From assembly GCF_044345575.1 (NCBI RefSeq), contig NZ_JBIJAW010000001.1:1-50780 (forward strand): DNA of 50,780 nt, given 5' to 3'. Both the position numbers and the translations under genes were made by a program. Below the pieces are notes generated by a model. The model ran no database searches. It was not told the origin of the DNA and was given only the letters and a program-made list of their open reading frames with translations. The DNA is from Gemmatimonas sp. (GTDB lineage Bacteria; Gemmatimonadota; Gemmatimonadetes; Gemmatimonadales; Gemmatimonadaceae). This document shows positions 1 through 9,007 of the stretch, piece by piece. The number at the start of each line of letters is the position of its first letter. Position 1 is the first letter of the stretch.

Positions 1-2142
1 ATCGATGCGTGTGAACGTCTTGCCGAAGTCGGTGCTCTTGTAGAGATACGGCGAGAAGTCGTTCTCGCGGTGCATGTCGACCGACACGTACACGGTGGCG
101 GAGTCGGCGAAGCTGGGCTCCACCTTGCTCACGTGATAGAACGGCGGCGCGCCGGGGAGACGCAGGCTCAGGTCTTCCCACGTCCCCCCGTCGTTCTTCG
201 TGAGCCACAGCTTGCCGTCGTCGGTGCCCACATACAGCAGCCCCGCGCGCACCGGCGACTCGCCGATGGTTACGATGGTCGCGTTCTCTTCAGCGCCCGT
301 AGCGTCACGCGTGATGCCACCGGTGGCATCAGCAGCCACATTGCCCTCGGCGTCGTAGCCGGTGGTGATGCGAATACGATTCTCGTCGCGGCTCGAGAGG
401 TCCGGCGAAATGGCCACCGGCTCCACGCCCTTCTTCACGCTCTTGAACAGCTTGTCCGCGCCGCTGTAGAACACGTTCGCGTCGTGACGCGACAGGATAA
501 ACGGCGTGTTCCAGTTCCACCGCGTCGCCACCTGCGGATCGGCGAGCTGCTTCTTCATCTCGGCGCGGATGCTGTCCACCTGCGCCTTCTGCGCCGGCGT
601 AAGCGGCGTGGTGCCGTCGCCCTTGATACGCGCGATCGCCTGGCCGAACTGCGCGCGGGTCACGGTGCGCGCCTTGATGTTCACCGTCTCACCGCTGGCC
701 ACGTTGCGACGCGCGATGTTGCCGCCCTGCGACTCGTAGTACACGAAGTCGGGATTGAGCGGATCCTGCGCGGTCTGCAGCCCGTCCGCGGCGAACACCG
801 CGAACCAGTCAGTCATCTGCAGCGGCGCATTGTTGCGACGCGAAAGACCGCACGAGGTACCGTTGTCCTGCAGGCCACCGCAGATCCGATACGGCACCTG
901 ATAATCGAAGCTGATGCCGTAGAACTGGCCCATGGCCATGTTGTTCAACGCGTCGTACGTACCGCCCTTATCCCACGTCTGAAACACGCCGGCATCGCCG
1001 CCCACGATGAAGTGGTCGGGGTTGGCGGGATCAATCCACATGGCGTGATAATCCTCGTGGATGCCGTTCATACCGGTACGCCACGAGTAGCCGCCGTCGT
1101 CGCTGAACTGGAAGTCCACCGCCATGCGGTAGATGCGGTCGGCGTTCTTCGGGTCCACGCGAATCTGCGAGAAGTAGAACGGACGATTGTTGATCGTGCT
1201 CACCCACGTCCAGCTCTTCCCGGCATCCTTGCTGCGGTACAATCCGCTGAGCAGCCGCTGCGGCTTCGCGCCGCGCACGCTGTCGGCCTCCACCATGGCG
1301 TACACCACATCGGGCGCGCTCGGCGCCACGGCGAGGCTGATGCGCCCCTTGGTGGTCTCGGGGAAACCGTTGCCCTTGATCTCGGTCCACGAGGCACCGC
1401 CGTTGGTGCTCTTCCACAGCGCGGAGCCCGGGCCACCGCTCTTGAGGTAGTGCCCCTTGCGGATGCGCTCCCAGCTCGCGGCATAGAGTACGTCGGGATT
1501 GCGCGGGTCCATCGCGAGATCCACGAACCCGGCCTTATCGCTGATGAACTTGGAGAGCGCCCACGTCTTGCCGCCGTCGGTGGTCTTGTAGAGACCGCGT
1601 TCGGGGTTGGTGGTCCAGAGCGCACCGAGCGCCGCCACCCACACCACATCGGGATTGGTGGGGTGCACGAGGATGCGTCCGATGTGCTGCGTCTTCTCGA
1701 GCCCCATCGACTGCCAGGACACGCCCCCGTCGGTGCTCTTGTACACACCGTAGCCGGGCTGCACGGAGTTGCGCGAATCCTCCTCACCCGTGCCGAGCCA
1801 CACGATGTTCGGGTTGCTCGGCGCGATGGCCACGTCACCGAGGGAGGAGATGGGCGCCTGCTCCCAGAGCGGGATGAAGGTGGTACCCGCATTCACCGTC
1901 TTCCAGAGCCCACCCGTGGCGCCGGCGACGTAGAACGTGGTGGGGGCACTCGGATGGGCCTCCACGTCGGTGATGCGGCCGGCCATGTTCACCGGGCCGA
2001 CCGAGCGCCAGCGCAGGCCGGCGAGGGTCGAGCTGTCGGGCACGTTCGCCCCGGCGGTCTGCCCGGCCAGAGGCGCCGCGGTGAAAAGCGAGGCCGACGC
2101 GCCAAGCGCGAGGGCCGAGAGGGTCGGTCGGAAGCGAATCAT
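1..2142 (-). CDS. Secreted BNR/Asp-box (VPS10/sortilin-like) beta-propeller glycosyl hydrolase-like protein, 3' end outside window
   Basis: Absent from the ORF track because there is no stop in the window. Reverse-strand translation from ATG 2142 gives signal peptide MIRFRPTLSALALGASASLFTAAPLAGQ and repeated Asp-boxes, e.g. YKSTDGGVSW, YKTTDGGKTW, WKSTNGGASW, YKSTDFGKTF. Confidence 0.85.
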   Translation of the reverse strand, partial: MIRFRPTLSALALGASASLFTAAPLAGQTAGANVPDSSTLAGLRWRSVGPVNMAGRITDVEAHPSAPTTFYVAGATGGLWKTVNAGTTFIPLWEQAPISSLGDVAIAPSNPNIVWLGTGEEDSRNSVQPGYGVYKSTDGGVSWQSMGLEKTQHIGRILVHPTNPDVVWVAALGALWTTNPERGLYKTTDGGKTWALSKFISDKAGFVDLAMDPRNPDVLYAASWERIRKGHYLKSGGPGSALWKSTNGGASWTEIKGNGFPETTKGRISLAVAPSAPDVVYAMVEADSVRGAKPQRLLSGLYRSKDAGKSWTWVSTINNRPFYFSQIRVDPKNADRIYRMAVDFQFSDDGGYSWRTGMNGIHEDYHAMWIDPANPDHFIVGGDAGVFQTWDKGGTYDALNNMAMGQFYGISFDYQVPYRICGGLQDNGTSCGLSRRNNAPLQMTDWFAVFAADGLQTAQDPLNPDFVYYESQGGNIARRNVASGETVNIKARTVTRAQFGQAIARIKGDGTTPLTPAQKAQVDSIRAEMKKQLADPQVATRWNWNTPFILSRHDANVFYSGADKLFKSVKKGVEPVAISPDLSSRDENRIRITTGYDAEGNVAADATGGITRDATGAEENATIVTIGESPVRAGLLYVGTDDGKLWLTKNDGGTWEDLSLRLPGAPPFYHVSKVEPSFADSATVYVSVDMHRENDFSPYLYKSTDFGKTFTRID

Positions 2143-2191
2143 TGCAGCCCGAGGGGTTGAGGAGTGGTGCACCGCGGCGGAATTTAGCGCC

Positions 2192-3091
2192 ATGCGATTC
2201 TCCTCGGGGCGCGCCCTGCGCGATCAGCCGGCCCATGCCGTCACCTTCTTCGGCATGTCCGGCGTGGGCAAGACCACGTTGGCCGGCCTGCTGCAGCACC
2301 ACGAATGGTTCCAGTACTCGGTCGACTACCGCATCGGGACGCGGTACATGGGCGAGCACATCGTGGACAACTTCAAGCGCGAAGCGATGAAGGTGCCGTT
2401 CCTGCGGCAGCTGCTGCGGTCCGACTCCATCTACATTCGCAGCAACATCTCTTTCGAGAATCTGAGCCCGCTCTCGACGTACCTCGGCAAGCCGGGCAAC
2501 GAAGCACTGGGTGGAATTCCCTTTGATGAGTACCGGCGGCGGCAGGCGCAGCATCGGCAGGCGGAGATTCGGGCCCTACTCGACGTACCGGAGTTCATCG
2601 ACCGCGCCAAGGACATCTACGGGTACGCCCACTTCGTGTGCGACTCGGGGGGCAGCCTCTGCGAGGTGGTGGACCCGAGCGACGAGAACGATGCCGTGCT
2701 GCGCTGCCTCGCCGAGCACACGTTGCTCGTGTATATCCGCGGCAGCGCCAGCCACACGCGCATGCTGGTAGAACGGTTCCGTAAACATCCCAAGCCGATG
2801 TACTACAATCCCGCCTTTCTCGATGTGAAGTGGACCGAGTACAAGGCCTTGCGCAGTATCACCGACGACGACGTGGTAGATCCTGATGATTTTGCCGTCT
2901 GGGGCTTCGAACAGCTGCTCGCCCATCGGATTCCGTTGTACGAAGCCATCGCTGAGCGGTACGGCTACGTGATCGACATGGAAGACGTGCCCGGGGTGAA
3001 GACCGAAAGCGATCTGCTCGATCTGCTCGAGCGCACGATCGACGCGGCGGTGGCGCGAGGCGGTTCAGCCGCGACCGGGAGCCCCGCATGA
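2192..3091 (+). CDS. Uncharacterised P-loop ATPase/kinase (shikimate/NMP-kinase-like)
   Basis: Walker A GMSGVGKT near the N-terminus and an FVCDSGGS motif. ATG at 2192 chosen over the ORF-track start, which overlaps the divergent gene. Confidence 0.75.
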   Translation: MRFSSGRALRDQPAHAVTFFGMSGVGKTTLAGLLQHHEWFQYSVDYRIGTRYMGEHIVDNFKREAMKVPFLRQLLRSDSIYIRSNISFENLSPLSTYLGKPGNEALGGIPFDEYRRRQAQHRQAEIRALLDVPEFIDRAKDIYGYAHFVCDSGGSLCEVVDPSDENDAVLRCLAEHTLLVYIRGSASHTRMLVERFRKHPKPMYYNPAFLDVKWTEYKALRSITDDDVVDPDDFAVWGFEQLLAHRIPLYEAIAERYGYVIDMEDVPGVKTESDLLDLLERTIDAAVARGGSAATGSPA

Positions 3092-4380
3092 GTAGCTCCA
3101 CCGGCCTCGCCCAGTCGCGACTGCGTTCGATCATCGGCGGCAGCATCGGCAACCTTGTGGAATGGTACGACTGGTACGCGTATTCGGCGTTCTCGCTGTA
3201 CTTCGCCAAAAGTTTCTTCCCGCCGGCCAGCCAGACCGCCCAGCTGCTCAACACGGCCGCCGTCTTTGCCGTGGGCTTCTTCATGCGCCCCATCGGCGGC
3301 TGGGTGATGGGGCGCTATGCCGACAAGCATGGGCGACGCGCCGCGCTCACGTTCAGCGTGATACTCATGTGCGCCGGTTCGCTGCTCATCGCGGTCACGC
3401 CCAGCTACGCGACCATCGGCCTCGCGGCGCCCGCGCTGCTCATGTTCGCGCGCCTACTCCAAGGGCTCAGCGTGGGCGGCGAGTACGGCGCGAGTGCCAC
3501 GTACCTCAGTGAGATGGCCGGACAAAAGCACCGCGGCTTCTGGTCGAGCTTCCAGTACGTGACGCTGATTGGCGGGCAGCTCATCGCCCTCGCGGTGCTG
3601 TTGATCATTCAGAACTTCCTCGACAAGCCGGCGATCGAGTCGTGGGGGTGGCGCATTCCGTTCGTGATCGGGGCGATGTGTGCCGTGGTGGCCATCTGGC
3701 TCCGCCGCAGCATGGAGGAGACCACCGACTTCGAGAAGGATCGCGCGTCACGCCCGGCAAAAAGCGCGGCCGCGACCATTCGCGGCCTCATGGAACATCC
3801 GCGGGCAGTCCTCACGGTGGTCGGGCTCACCGCTGGCGGAACCGTGGCGTTTTACACTTTCACGACGTACGCGCAGAAGTTCCTGGTGAACACCGTGGGC
3901 TTCACGCCGCAGGAGGCCACGTTCATCAACGCGGTCACGCTGCTCGTGTATCTCTGCCTGCAGCCGGTGGTGGGCGCCATTTCCGACGTCATCGGCCGCC
4001 GCCCGGTGCTCACGGCCTTCGGCGTGGTCGGTTCACTCGGCACCGTGCCGTTGTTCCGTGCCCTCGAGAACACCCACACGGTGGGCGGCGCCATCTGGCT
4101 GCTGCTGGCCGCGCTCACCGCCGTGAGCGGATACACGGCGATCAACGCCGTGGTGAAGGCCGAGCTCTTCCCCACCAGCATTCGCGCTCTGGGTGTGGGC
4201 TTCCCGTACGCGGTGACGGTCGCGCTGTTCGGCGGCACGGCCGAATACATCGCGCTCTACTTCAAGAACATCGGCCACGAAGAGTGGTTCTACTGGTACG
4301 TGACCGCGTGCATCGTGGCGTCGCTGGCGGTATACGCGACGATGAAGGAGACGTCGCGGATCGGACACATGGGCGAGTAG
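3088..4380 (+). CDS. MFS metabolite:H+ symporter (MHS family, KgtP/alpha-ketoglutarate permease-like)
   Basis: Motifs GNLVEWYDWYAY, FFMRPIGG, GRYADKHGRR, RLLQGLSVGGEYG and ELFPTSIRALG, with about 12 hydrophobic segments. ATGA overlap with the upstream ATPase. Confidence 0.9.
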   Translation: MSSSTGLAQSRLRSIIGGSIGNLVEWYDWYAYSAFSLYFAKSFFPPASQTAQLLNTAAVFAVGFFMRPIGGWVMGRYADKHGRRAALTFSVILMCAGSLLIAVTPSYATIGLAAPALLMFARLLQGLSVGGEYGASATYLSEMAGQKHRGFWSSFQYVTLIGGQLIALAVLLIIQNFLDKPAIESWGWRIPFVIGAMCAVVAIWLRRSMEETTDFEKDRASRPAKSAAATIRGLMEHPRAVLTVVGLTAGGTVAFYTFTTYAQKFLVNTVGFTPQEATFINAVTLLVYLCLQPVVGAISDVIGRRPVLTAFGVVGSLGTVPLFRALENTHTVGGAIWLLLAALTAVSGYTAINAVVKAELFPTSIRALGVGFPYAVTVALFGGTAEYIALYFKNIGHEEWFYWYVTACIVASLAVYATMKETSRIGHMGE

Positions 4381-4381
4381 A

Positions 4382-4547
4382 AACGGCAGGGGGAACGGCG
4401 CTGGCAACGGCGTGTTACTGCGTCATGACAACTGCTAGTCATGGGTCATGATGACAGCGAAACCCAAACCGCGTTCAACAACGCTGTCAAACGCGGTTAT
4501 GTCTTCGTGGTAATCATGACCAGTTGCTCTTTACCCTTTACGCCGTT
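4382..4547. repeat. Long imperfect intergenic hairpin with 12-nt-spaced AACGGC repeats
   Basis: AACGGC at 4382, 4394 and 4406. Nested stems: AACGGCGT(4406)/ACGCCGTT(4540), GGTCATGAT(4444)/ATCATGACC(4513), AACCGCGTT(4467)/AACGCGGTT(4490). Lies between convergent genes. Confidence 0.7.
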
Positions 4548-4563
4548 ACGCGAAGCCCCCGAG

Positions 4564-6093
4564 TCACGGCCTCCACACCGCGTCTCCCGACGCGTTCCCT
4601 GCCCTGTCCACGGCGTTCACCACGATGCCGTCCACGCCGCTCGACGGCACGTCGACGGTGCGCTGCGTGACCGGAACGAGCCGCTGACGCCACGCATTGT
4701 TGGCGCGCCAACGCACGAGGTACCACCAGCTGTCGCTGCTGCCACTCGTGAGGGTCACGGTGTGGGCCGTCGCACCGGTGACCACCGAGACCGCCGGGGC
4801 CGCGGGGGGCGCGGCATCGAGCCACGCGCTGGCGGGGGGAATGGCGCCGTTCGCGTACAACCCTGACGAGAGCGCGGTGGCGAACCCGCCGAGGTTGTTC
4901 CGAACGCTGCTGCCGTTGTAAAGAATCGAGCCGCTGGCTCCGCCGGCGTTGGCGGCGGCGTCACGTACGAGCGCGATCTGCGACGGGATCTCGCTATTGG
5001 AATACGGCGAGGTGCCGGTGCCGATGCGATATGAAGCGAGCCCCGGCCAGAGGTGACGACGCTGTGTGTTCTGTTGCGCCCACCAGTTGAGCAGCGCGGG
5101 GAAACTCTGACCGCTGCTGGCGATGCTCCAGTAGAGTTGCGGCGCGAAGTAGTCTACCCACCCGCTCTGCAGCCACCGGCGCGAGTCGGCGAAGATGGTG
5201 GTAAAGGCGTCGAGCCCCACGATGCCGGCGGGGTTGCCGGGCCGCCAGATGCCGAAGGGGCTCACGCCCACCTTCGCCAGCGGACTGACCGCGTGCGTCT
5301 CGCGATAGAGCCGCTCGACGAAACGGTTCACGTTGTCGCGACGCCAATCGGCGAGCGCCATCGTGCCGCCGCCCCGCACATAGCGCCCGAAGGTGGCGCT
5401 GTCGGGGAAATTCGTGCACGTATCCGGATACGGATAGAAAAAGTCGTCGATGTGCACCGCATCCACGTCGTAGCGCTGCACCACGTCGCGCACCACGGCG
5501 ATGGCCTGATCGTGTACCGCCGGCTCGCCGGGATCGAACCATAACTGACCGCACCTGCGCACGAGATCGGGACGGCGCACCGCGAAGTGCTGCGGCGACA
5601 GCCGCAGGGTGTCACTCAGGTTCCCGGCGCGGAAGGGATTGAACCACGCGTGCAGCTCAAGGCCGCGCAACCGCGCCTGCTGCACCGCAAAGGCCAGTGG
5701 ATCGTACCCCGGATCGCCCCCCTGCGTCCCCGTCAGCACGCGCGCCCACGGCTCGAGATTCGACGGATAGATGGCATCACCAGCCGAGCGCACCTGCAGG
5801 ATCACGGCGTTGAGCCCGGTCTGCTGCGCCACATCGAGCAGCAGCCCGAGCTCGGCCTGCTGCTGCGCGGCCGTGAGCCCGCTGCGCGAGGGCCAATCGA
5901 TGTTGGCGACCGTGGCGATCCACATGCCGCGGAACTCCCGCGAAATACTTGGCACCGACCACGACGGTGCTGGAGGCGGCGGGGGTGGTGGCGGTGGCAC
6001 CACCGCCCCCGGTTCTGTCGTCGCGCCACCGCACGACGCCACGCCGGCCAGACTCACGGCCAGGCCGGCGCGGCGCAGCAGCGCCCGCATCAC
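4564..6093 (-). CDS. GHL10/DUF187 (YddW/DigH-like) glycoside hydrolase lipoprotein
   Basis: Lipobox-like LAGVASC, a poly-Pro linker, and motifs REFRGMWIATVANIDWPS, LHAWFNPFR, HIDDFFYPYP and DYFAPQLYW. Confidence 0.88.
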   Translation of the reverse strand: MMRALLRRAGLAVSLAGVASCGGATTEPGAVVPPPPPPPPPAPSWSVPSISREFRGMWIATVANIDWPSRSGLTAAQQQAELGLLLDVAQQTGLNAVILQVRSAGDAIYPSNLEPWARVLTGTQGGDPGYDPLAFAVQQARLRGLELHAWFNPFRAGNLSDTLRLSPQHFAVRRPDLVRRCGQLWFDPGEPAVHDQAIAVVRDVVQRYDVDAVHIDDFFYPYPDTCTNFPDSATFGRYVRGGGTMALADWRRDNVNRFVERLYRETHAVSPLAKVGVSPFGIWRPGNPAGIVGLDAFTTIFADSRRWLQSGWVDYFAPQLYWSIASSGQSFPALLNWWAQQNTQRRHLWPGLASYRIGTGTSPYSNSEIPSQIALVRDAAANAGGASGSILYNGSSVRNNLGGFATALSSGLYANGAIPPASAWLDAAPPAAPAVSVVTGATAHTVTLTSGSSDSWWYLVRWRANNAWRQRLVPVTQRTVDVPSSGVDGIVVNAVDRAGNASGDAVWRP

Positions 6094-7532
6094 TGCCCCT
6101 GACCCAGCGAGAATCCGCTCTGACCGTCGAAGGTGTACAGGTGCTCCGTCTTCACGAAGTCGAACCCGGCGTTGCCCACGCGCATGAGCAGCGACAGCAC
6201 CTGGGACAACGTCACGGTGTGGCCCTTCGCGGCCTGATATCGGCAGCGCCAGTGATCGGTGCAGAAGGTTTCCGGCAATCCTTCCGGGTACACCTTTACG
6301 CCGCGATTGGTCACCATCGTCAACGACAGGCCGTCACCGTCGAGCGCATGGAGCTGCGGCCCGAGGACTTCGGGGCGCCCACGCCAGTGCAGGAACACGT
6401 CCACCCCCGTGAGTTCCTTCTTCGACGGATGCAGCGTCGAGACACGACCGGCCACGGCGATCGGCGACCCTCCGGCGTACGCCACCGGCGCGAACCGCTG
6501 CGGCGTGCGTCCCAGCCGATCGATGACCGCCTGCGTGAAGGCCTCGGCTCCAACTTTCACTTCCGACACCTTCTCGTGATAGATGTCGCCCGTGTGGACG
6601 CCGTCCTCCAGCGTGGCCAGCCACGCATTGTGAATCTTCTCGGCCACGTCGCCCTGACCGATGTGCACCAGCATGGCGACGGCGGCGAGCAGCAGGCCGC
6701 TCGGATTCGCGATCCCCTGCCCCGAGATGTCCGGGGCACTGCCGTGCACGGCCTCGAACATGGCGCACTGATCGCCGATGTTCGCCGAGCCGCCCAGTCC
6801 TACCGATCCCGTCACCTCAGCGGCGATGTCGGAGATGATGTCCCCGTACAGGTTGAGCGTGACGATGACATCGAAGGCTTCGGGGCGCGTGGCGAGACGC
6901 GCCGCCCCGATGTCGATGATCATGTGATCGCTGGCGATGTCCGGATACTCGGGCGCGATCTCGTTGAACACCTGATGGAAGAGCCCATCAGTGAGCTTCA
7001 TGATGTTGTCCTTCGTCATGCACGTGACACGCTTGCGGCCGTTGGCGCGCGCGTATTCGAAGGCATAGCGGATGATCTTTTCGCAGCCGGGGCGCGAGAC
7101 GAGCTTGAGGCACTGGTAGACCTCGTCGCTCTGCCGGTGCTCGATGCCCGCGTAGAGATCTTCCTCGTTCTCGCGCACGACGACGACATCGACGCCCGGA
7201 TGCTTCGTGGCCACGTAGGGATCGTAGCTCACACTCGGCCGTACGTTGGCGTAGAGCCCCAGCGTCTTGCGCACCGTCACGTTGAGGCTCTTGAAGCCAC
7301 CGCCCTGCGGCGTGGTAATGGGCGACTTCAGGAACACCTTGGTGCGGCGCAGGCTCTCCCAGCTGGAGGCCTCGATGCCACTGGACTGGCCACGTGCATA
7401 GACGGCTTCGCCGATCTCGATGACTTCGGGAGCGATGCGGGCGCCGGCCGCCTCGAGCACGCGCAACGTGGCGCGCATGATTTCGGGGCCGATGCCATCA
7501 CCGTAGGCGATGGTAATGGGAACGTTCTGCAT
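6090..7532 (-). CDS. icd: NADP-dependent isocitrate dehydrogenase (long ~480 aa type with C-terminal extension)
   Basis: GDGIGPEI, KSPITTPQGGGFKSLNVTVRK, RENEEDLY, NLYGDIISD and FEAVHGSAPDI. Start at MQNVPIT (7532). Confidence 0.93.
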   Translation of the reverse strand: MQNVPITIAYGDGIGPEIMRATLRVLEAAGARIAPEVIEIGEAVYARGQSSGIEASSWESLRRTKVFLKSPITTPQGGGFKSLNVTVRKTLGLYANVRPSVSYDPYVATKHPGVDVVVVRENEEDLYAGIEHRQSDEVYQCLKLVSRPGCEKIIRYAFEYARANGRKRVTCMTKDNIMKLTDGLFHQVFNEIAPEYPDIASDHMIIDIGAARLATRPEAFDVIVTLNLYGDIISDIAAEVTGSVGLGGSANIGDQCAMFEAVHGSAPDISGQGIANPSGLLLAAVAMLVHIGQGDVAEKIHNAWLATLEDGVHTGDIYHEKVSEVKVGAEAFTQAVIDRLGRTPQRFAPVAYAGGSPIAVAGRVSTLHPSKKELTGVDVFLHWRGRPEVLGPQLHALDGDGLSLTMVTNRGVKVYPEGLPETFCTDHWRCRYQAAKGHTVTLSQVLSLLMRVGNAGFDFVKTEHLYTFDGQSGFSLGQGQ

Positions 7533-7669
7533 GGGGAGTGGGATGGGGAGGGAACAGGTACGGATGCACGATGGCGCGGTGCCATGGCCGATGCCAGTGG
7601 GTGCCGCATTCCTCCGCGCGGGAGCCCCACCCCTTGCCCGCCACCTGACCTGTGTACAACGTCGCCTCC

Positions 7670-8617
7670 ATGACCGTGACTCCGACTCCGGCGTTCGCCC
7701 CGACGCCTTCCCATCCCCAGCACCCCGTGCGCATCGGGATCGACCTCGGGGGTACCAAGATCGAAGCCGTGGCCATGGCGCACGATGGCGGCATCGTGGC
7801 CCGGCAGCGCGTGAGCACACCGCGCGACTACGACGGGACCCTTCGCGAACTCGTCCAGCTGGTCACGCAACTTGAGGGCACGCTGCAGCACCCGGCCACC
7901 GTGGGGATGGGCATCCCCGGTGTGGTGGTGCCGCAGACAGGACTGGTGAAAAATGCCAACTCCACCTGGCTGATCGGCAAACCGCTCAAAACCGACCTCG
8001 AGCGCGCGCTGTCACGGGAAATCCGGATCGAGAACGACGCCAACTGCTTTGCCCTGTCCGAAGCCAGCGATGGCGCGGCCGCCGGCGCGAAAGTGGTGTT
8101 CGGCGTGATCATGGGCACCGGTTGTGGCGGCGGTGTCGTCATCGACGGCAAGGTGCTCACCGGGTGCAACCTCATCGCTGGCGAGTGGGGGCACAATCCG
8201 TTGCCGTGGCCGCAGCACGGCGAAGTGAACGGCCCGCCCTGCTACTGCGGGAAGCACGGCTGCATCGAGACGTGGATCTCCGGCCCCGCGGTGGCGGCCG
8301 ATCACGCCCGCGTGCACGGCGAAGCGCTGAGTGCCCCCGACATCATGGCGGCGGCAGCGCGCGGGGAACCGGCGGCCGTCGCCACGCGCACCCGCTTGGT
8401 GCATCGCGCCGCCCGCTCGCTGGCGACCATCATCAACGTGCTCGACCCGGATGTCATCGTGCTGGGCGGCGGCCTGTCCAACACCGAAGGGCTCGCCGAC
8501 GATCTCGAACGCGAGGTGGCCCCTTGGGTGTTCTCCGACACGGTCAGCACCCGTGTGGTCGTGAACAAACACGGGGACGCCAGCGGCGTGCGCGGCGCGG
8601 CGTGGTTGTGGGGGTAG
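7670..8617 (+). CDS. ROK family sugar kinase (fructokinase/Mak-like)
   Basis: IGIDLGGTK, IENDANCFALSE, GTGCGGG, AGEWGH and the zinc motif CYCGKHGCIE. Confidence 0.9.
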   Translation: MTVTPTPAFAPTPSHPQHPVRIGIDLGGTKIEAVAMAHDGGIVARQRVSTPRDYDGTLRELVQLVTQLEGTLQHPATVGMGIPGVVVPQTGLVKNANSTWLIGKPLKTDLERALSREIRIENDANCFALSEASDGAAAGAKVVFGVIMGTGCGGGVVIDGKVLTGCNLIAGEWGHNPLPWPQHGEVNGPPCYCGKHGCIETWISGPAVAADHARVHGEALSAPDIMAAAARGEPAAVATRTRLVHRAARSLATIINVLDPDVIVLGGGLSNTEGLADDLEREVAPWVFSDTVSTRVVVNKHGDASGVRGAAWLWG

Positions 8618-8650
8618 GTGGAACAGGTAGTGCATCCGGGGACAGAACAA

Positions 8651-8751
8651 ACCGAGGACTGAGGACCGAAAGCTCAAAGCTCCCCCCGACACAACGGATA
8701 TCCCGTTCATCGGAGGGAGCTTTCAGTTTTCAGCTTTCAGTCTTCGGTCCT
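8651..8751. repeat. Heptamer-arm hairpin element, copy 1
   Basis: accgagg actgagg accgaaa gctcaaa gctcccc ccga [loop with aacgg/ccgtt] tcgg agggagc tttcagt tttcagc tttcagt cttcggt. Confidence 0.85.
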
Positions 8752-8781
8752 ACCCCGCCGTCTCCGGCGTGATTGCAGCTA

Positions 8782-8853
8782 TAGGCCCACTTGGAATCGA
8801 ACCAAGATCTTCGGCTCCAAAGGCCGAGGTAATAGCCGTTATACGATGGGCCA
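8782..8853 (-). tRNA. tRNA-Gln(TTG), CCA not encoded
   Basis: The reverse complement folds as TGGCCCA TC GTA TAACGGCTAT TAC C TCGGC CTTTGGA GCCGA AGAT CTTGG TTCGATT CCAAG TGGGCCT A. Confidence 0.93.
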
Positions 8854-8880
8854 GCAGGCGATCCACCAGATCGTCCCCGC

Positions 8881-8893
8881 AGCCCGAATTGTA
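8881..8893 (-). promoter_or_regulatory. Putative -10 box of the tRNA-Gln promoter
   Basis: Minus-strand TACAAT-TCGGGCT about 30 nt upstream of the tRNA. Confidence 0.5.
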
Positions 8894-8936
8894 TCCTGCC
8901 CCTGCGGCCGGGGGGAGTGCCTCGGTGGTCTCGAGC

Positions 8937-8982
8937 GGGAGAGAAACGACGGACGCCCCTCAGCGTCCGCCGCTTCCCTCCC
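8937..8982 (-). terminator. Putative intrinsic terminator of the TonB receptor gene
   Basis: Minus strand AAGCGGCGGACGC-TGAGGG-GCGTCCGTCGTTT, 25 nt after the stop codon. Confidence 0.55.
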
Positions 8983-9007
8983 CCGGTTCCCACCCGGGTC
9001 CCCGGCC

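Noticed and set aside
70-2160. 696-aa plus-strand ORF
   Set aside because: Antisense shadow of the minus-strand BNR protein, which has clear motifs. The plus-strand product is R/H/V-rich with no recognisable motif.
5965-6000. G-rich tract as a phase-variable repeat or G-quadruplex
   Set aside because: It encodes a poly-proline linker with mixed codons, so coding constraint explains it.
8782-8853. tRNA as an integration site of a genomic island
   Set aside because: No integrase and no duplicated tRNA 3' end seen in the window.
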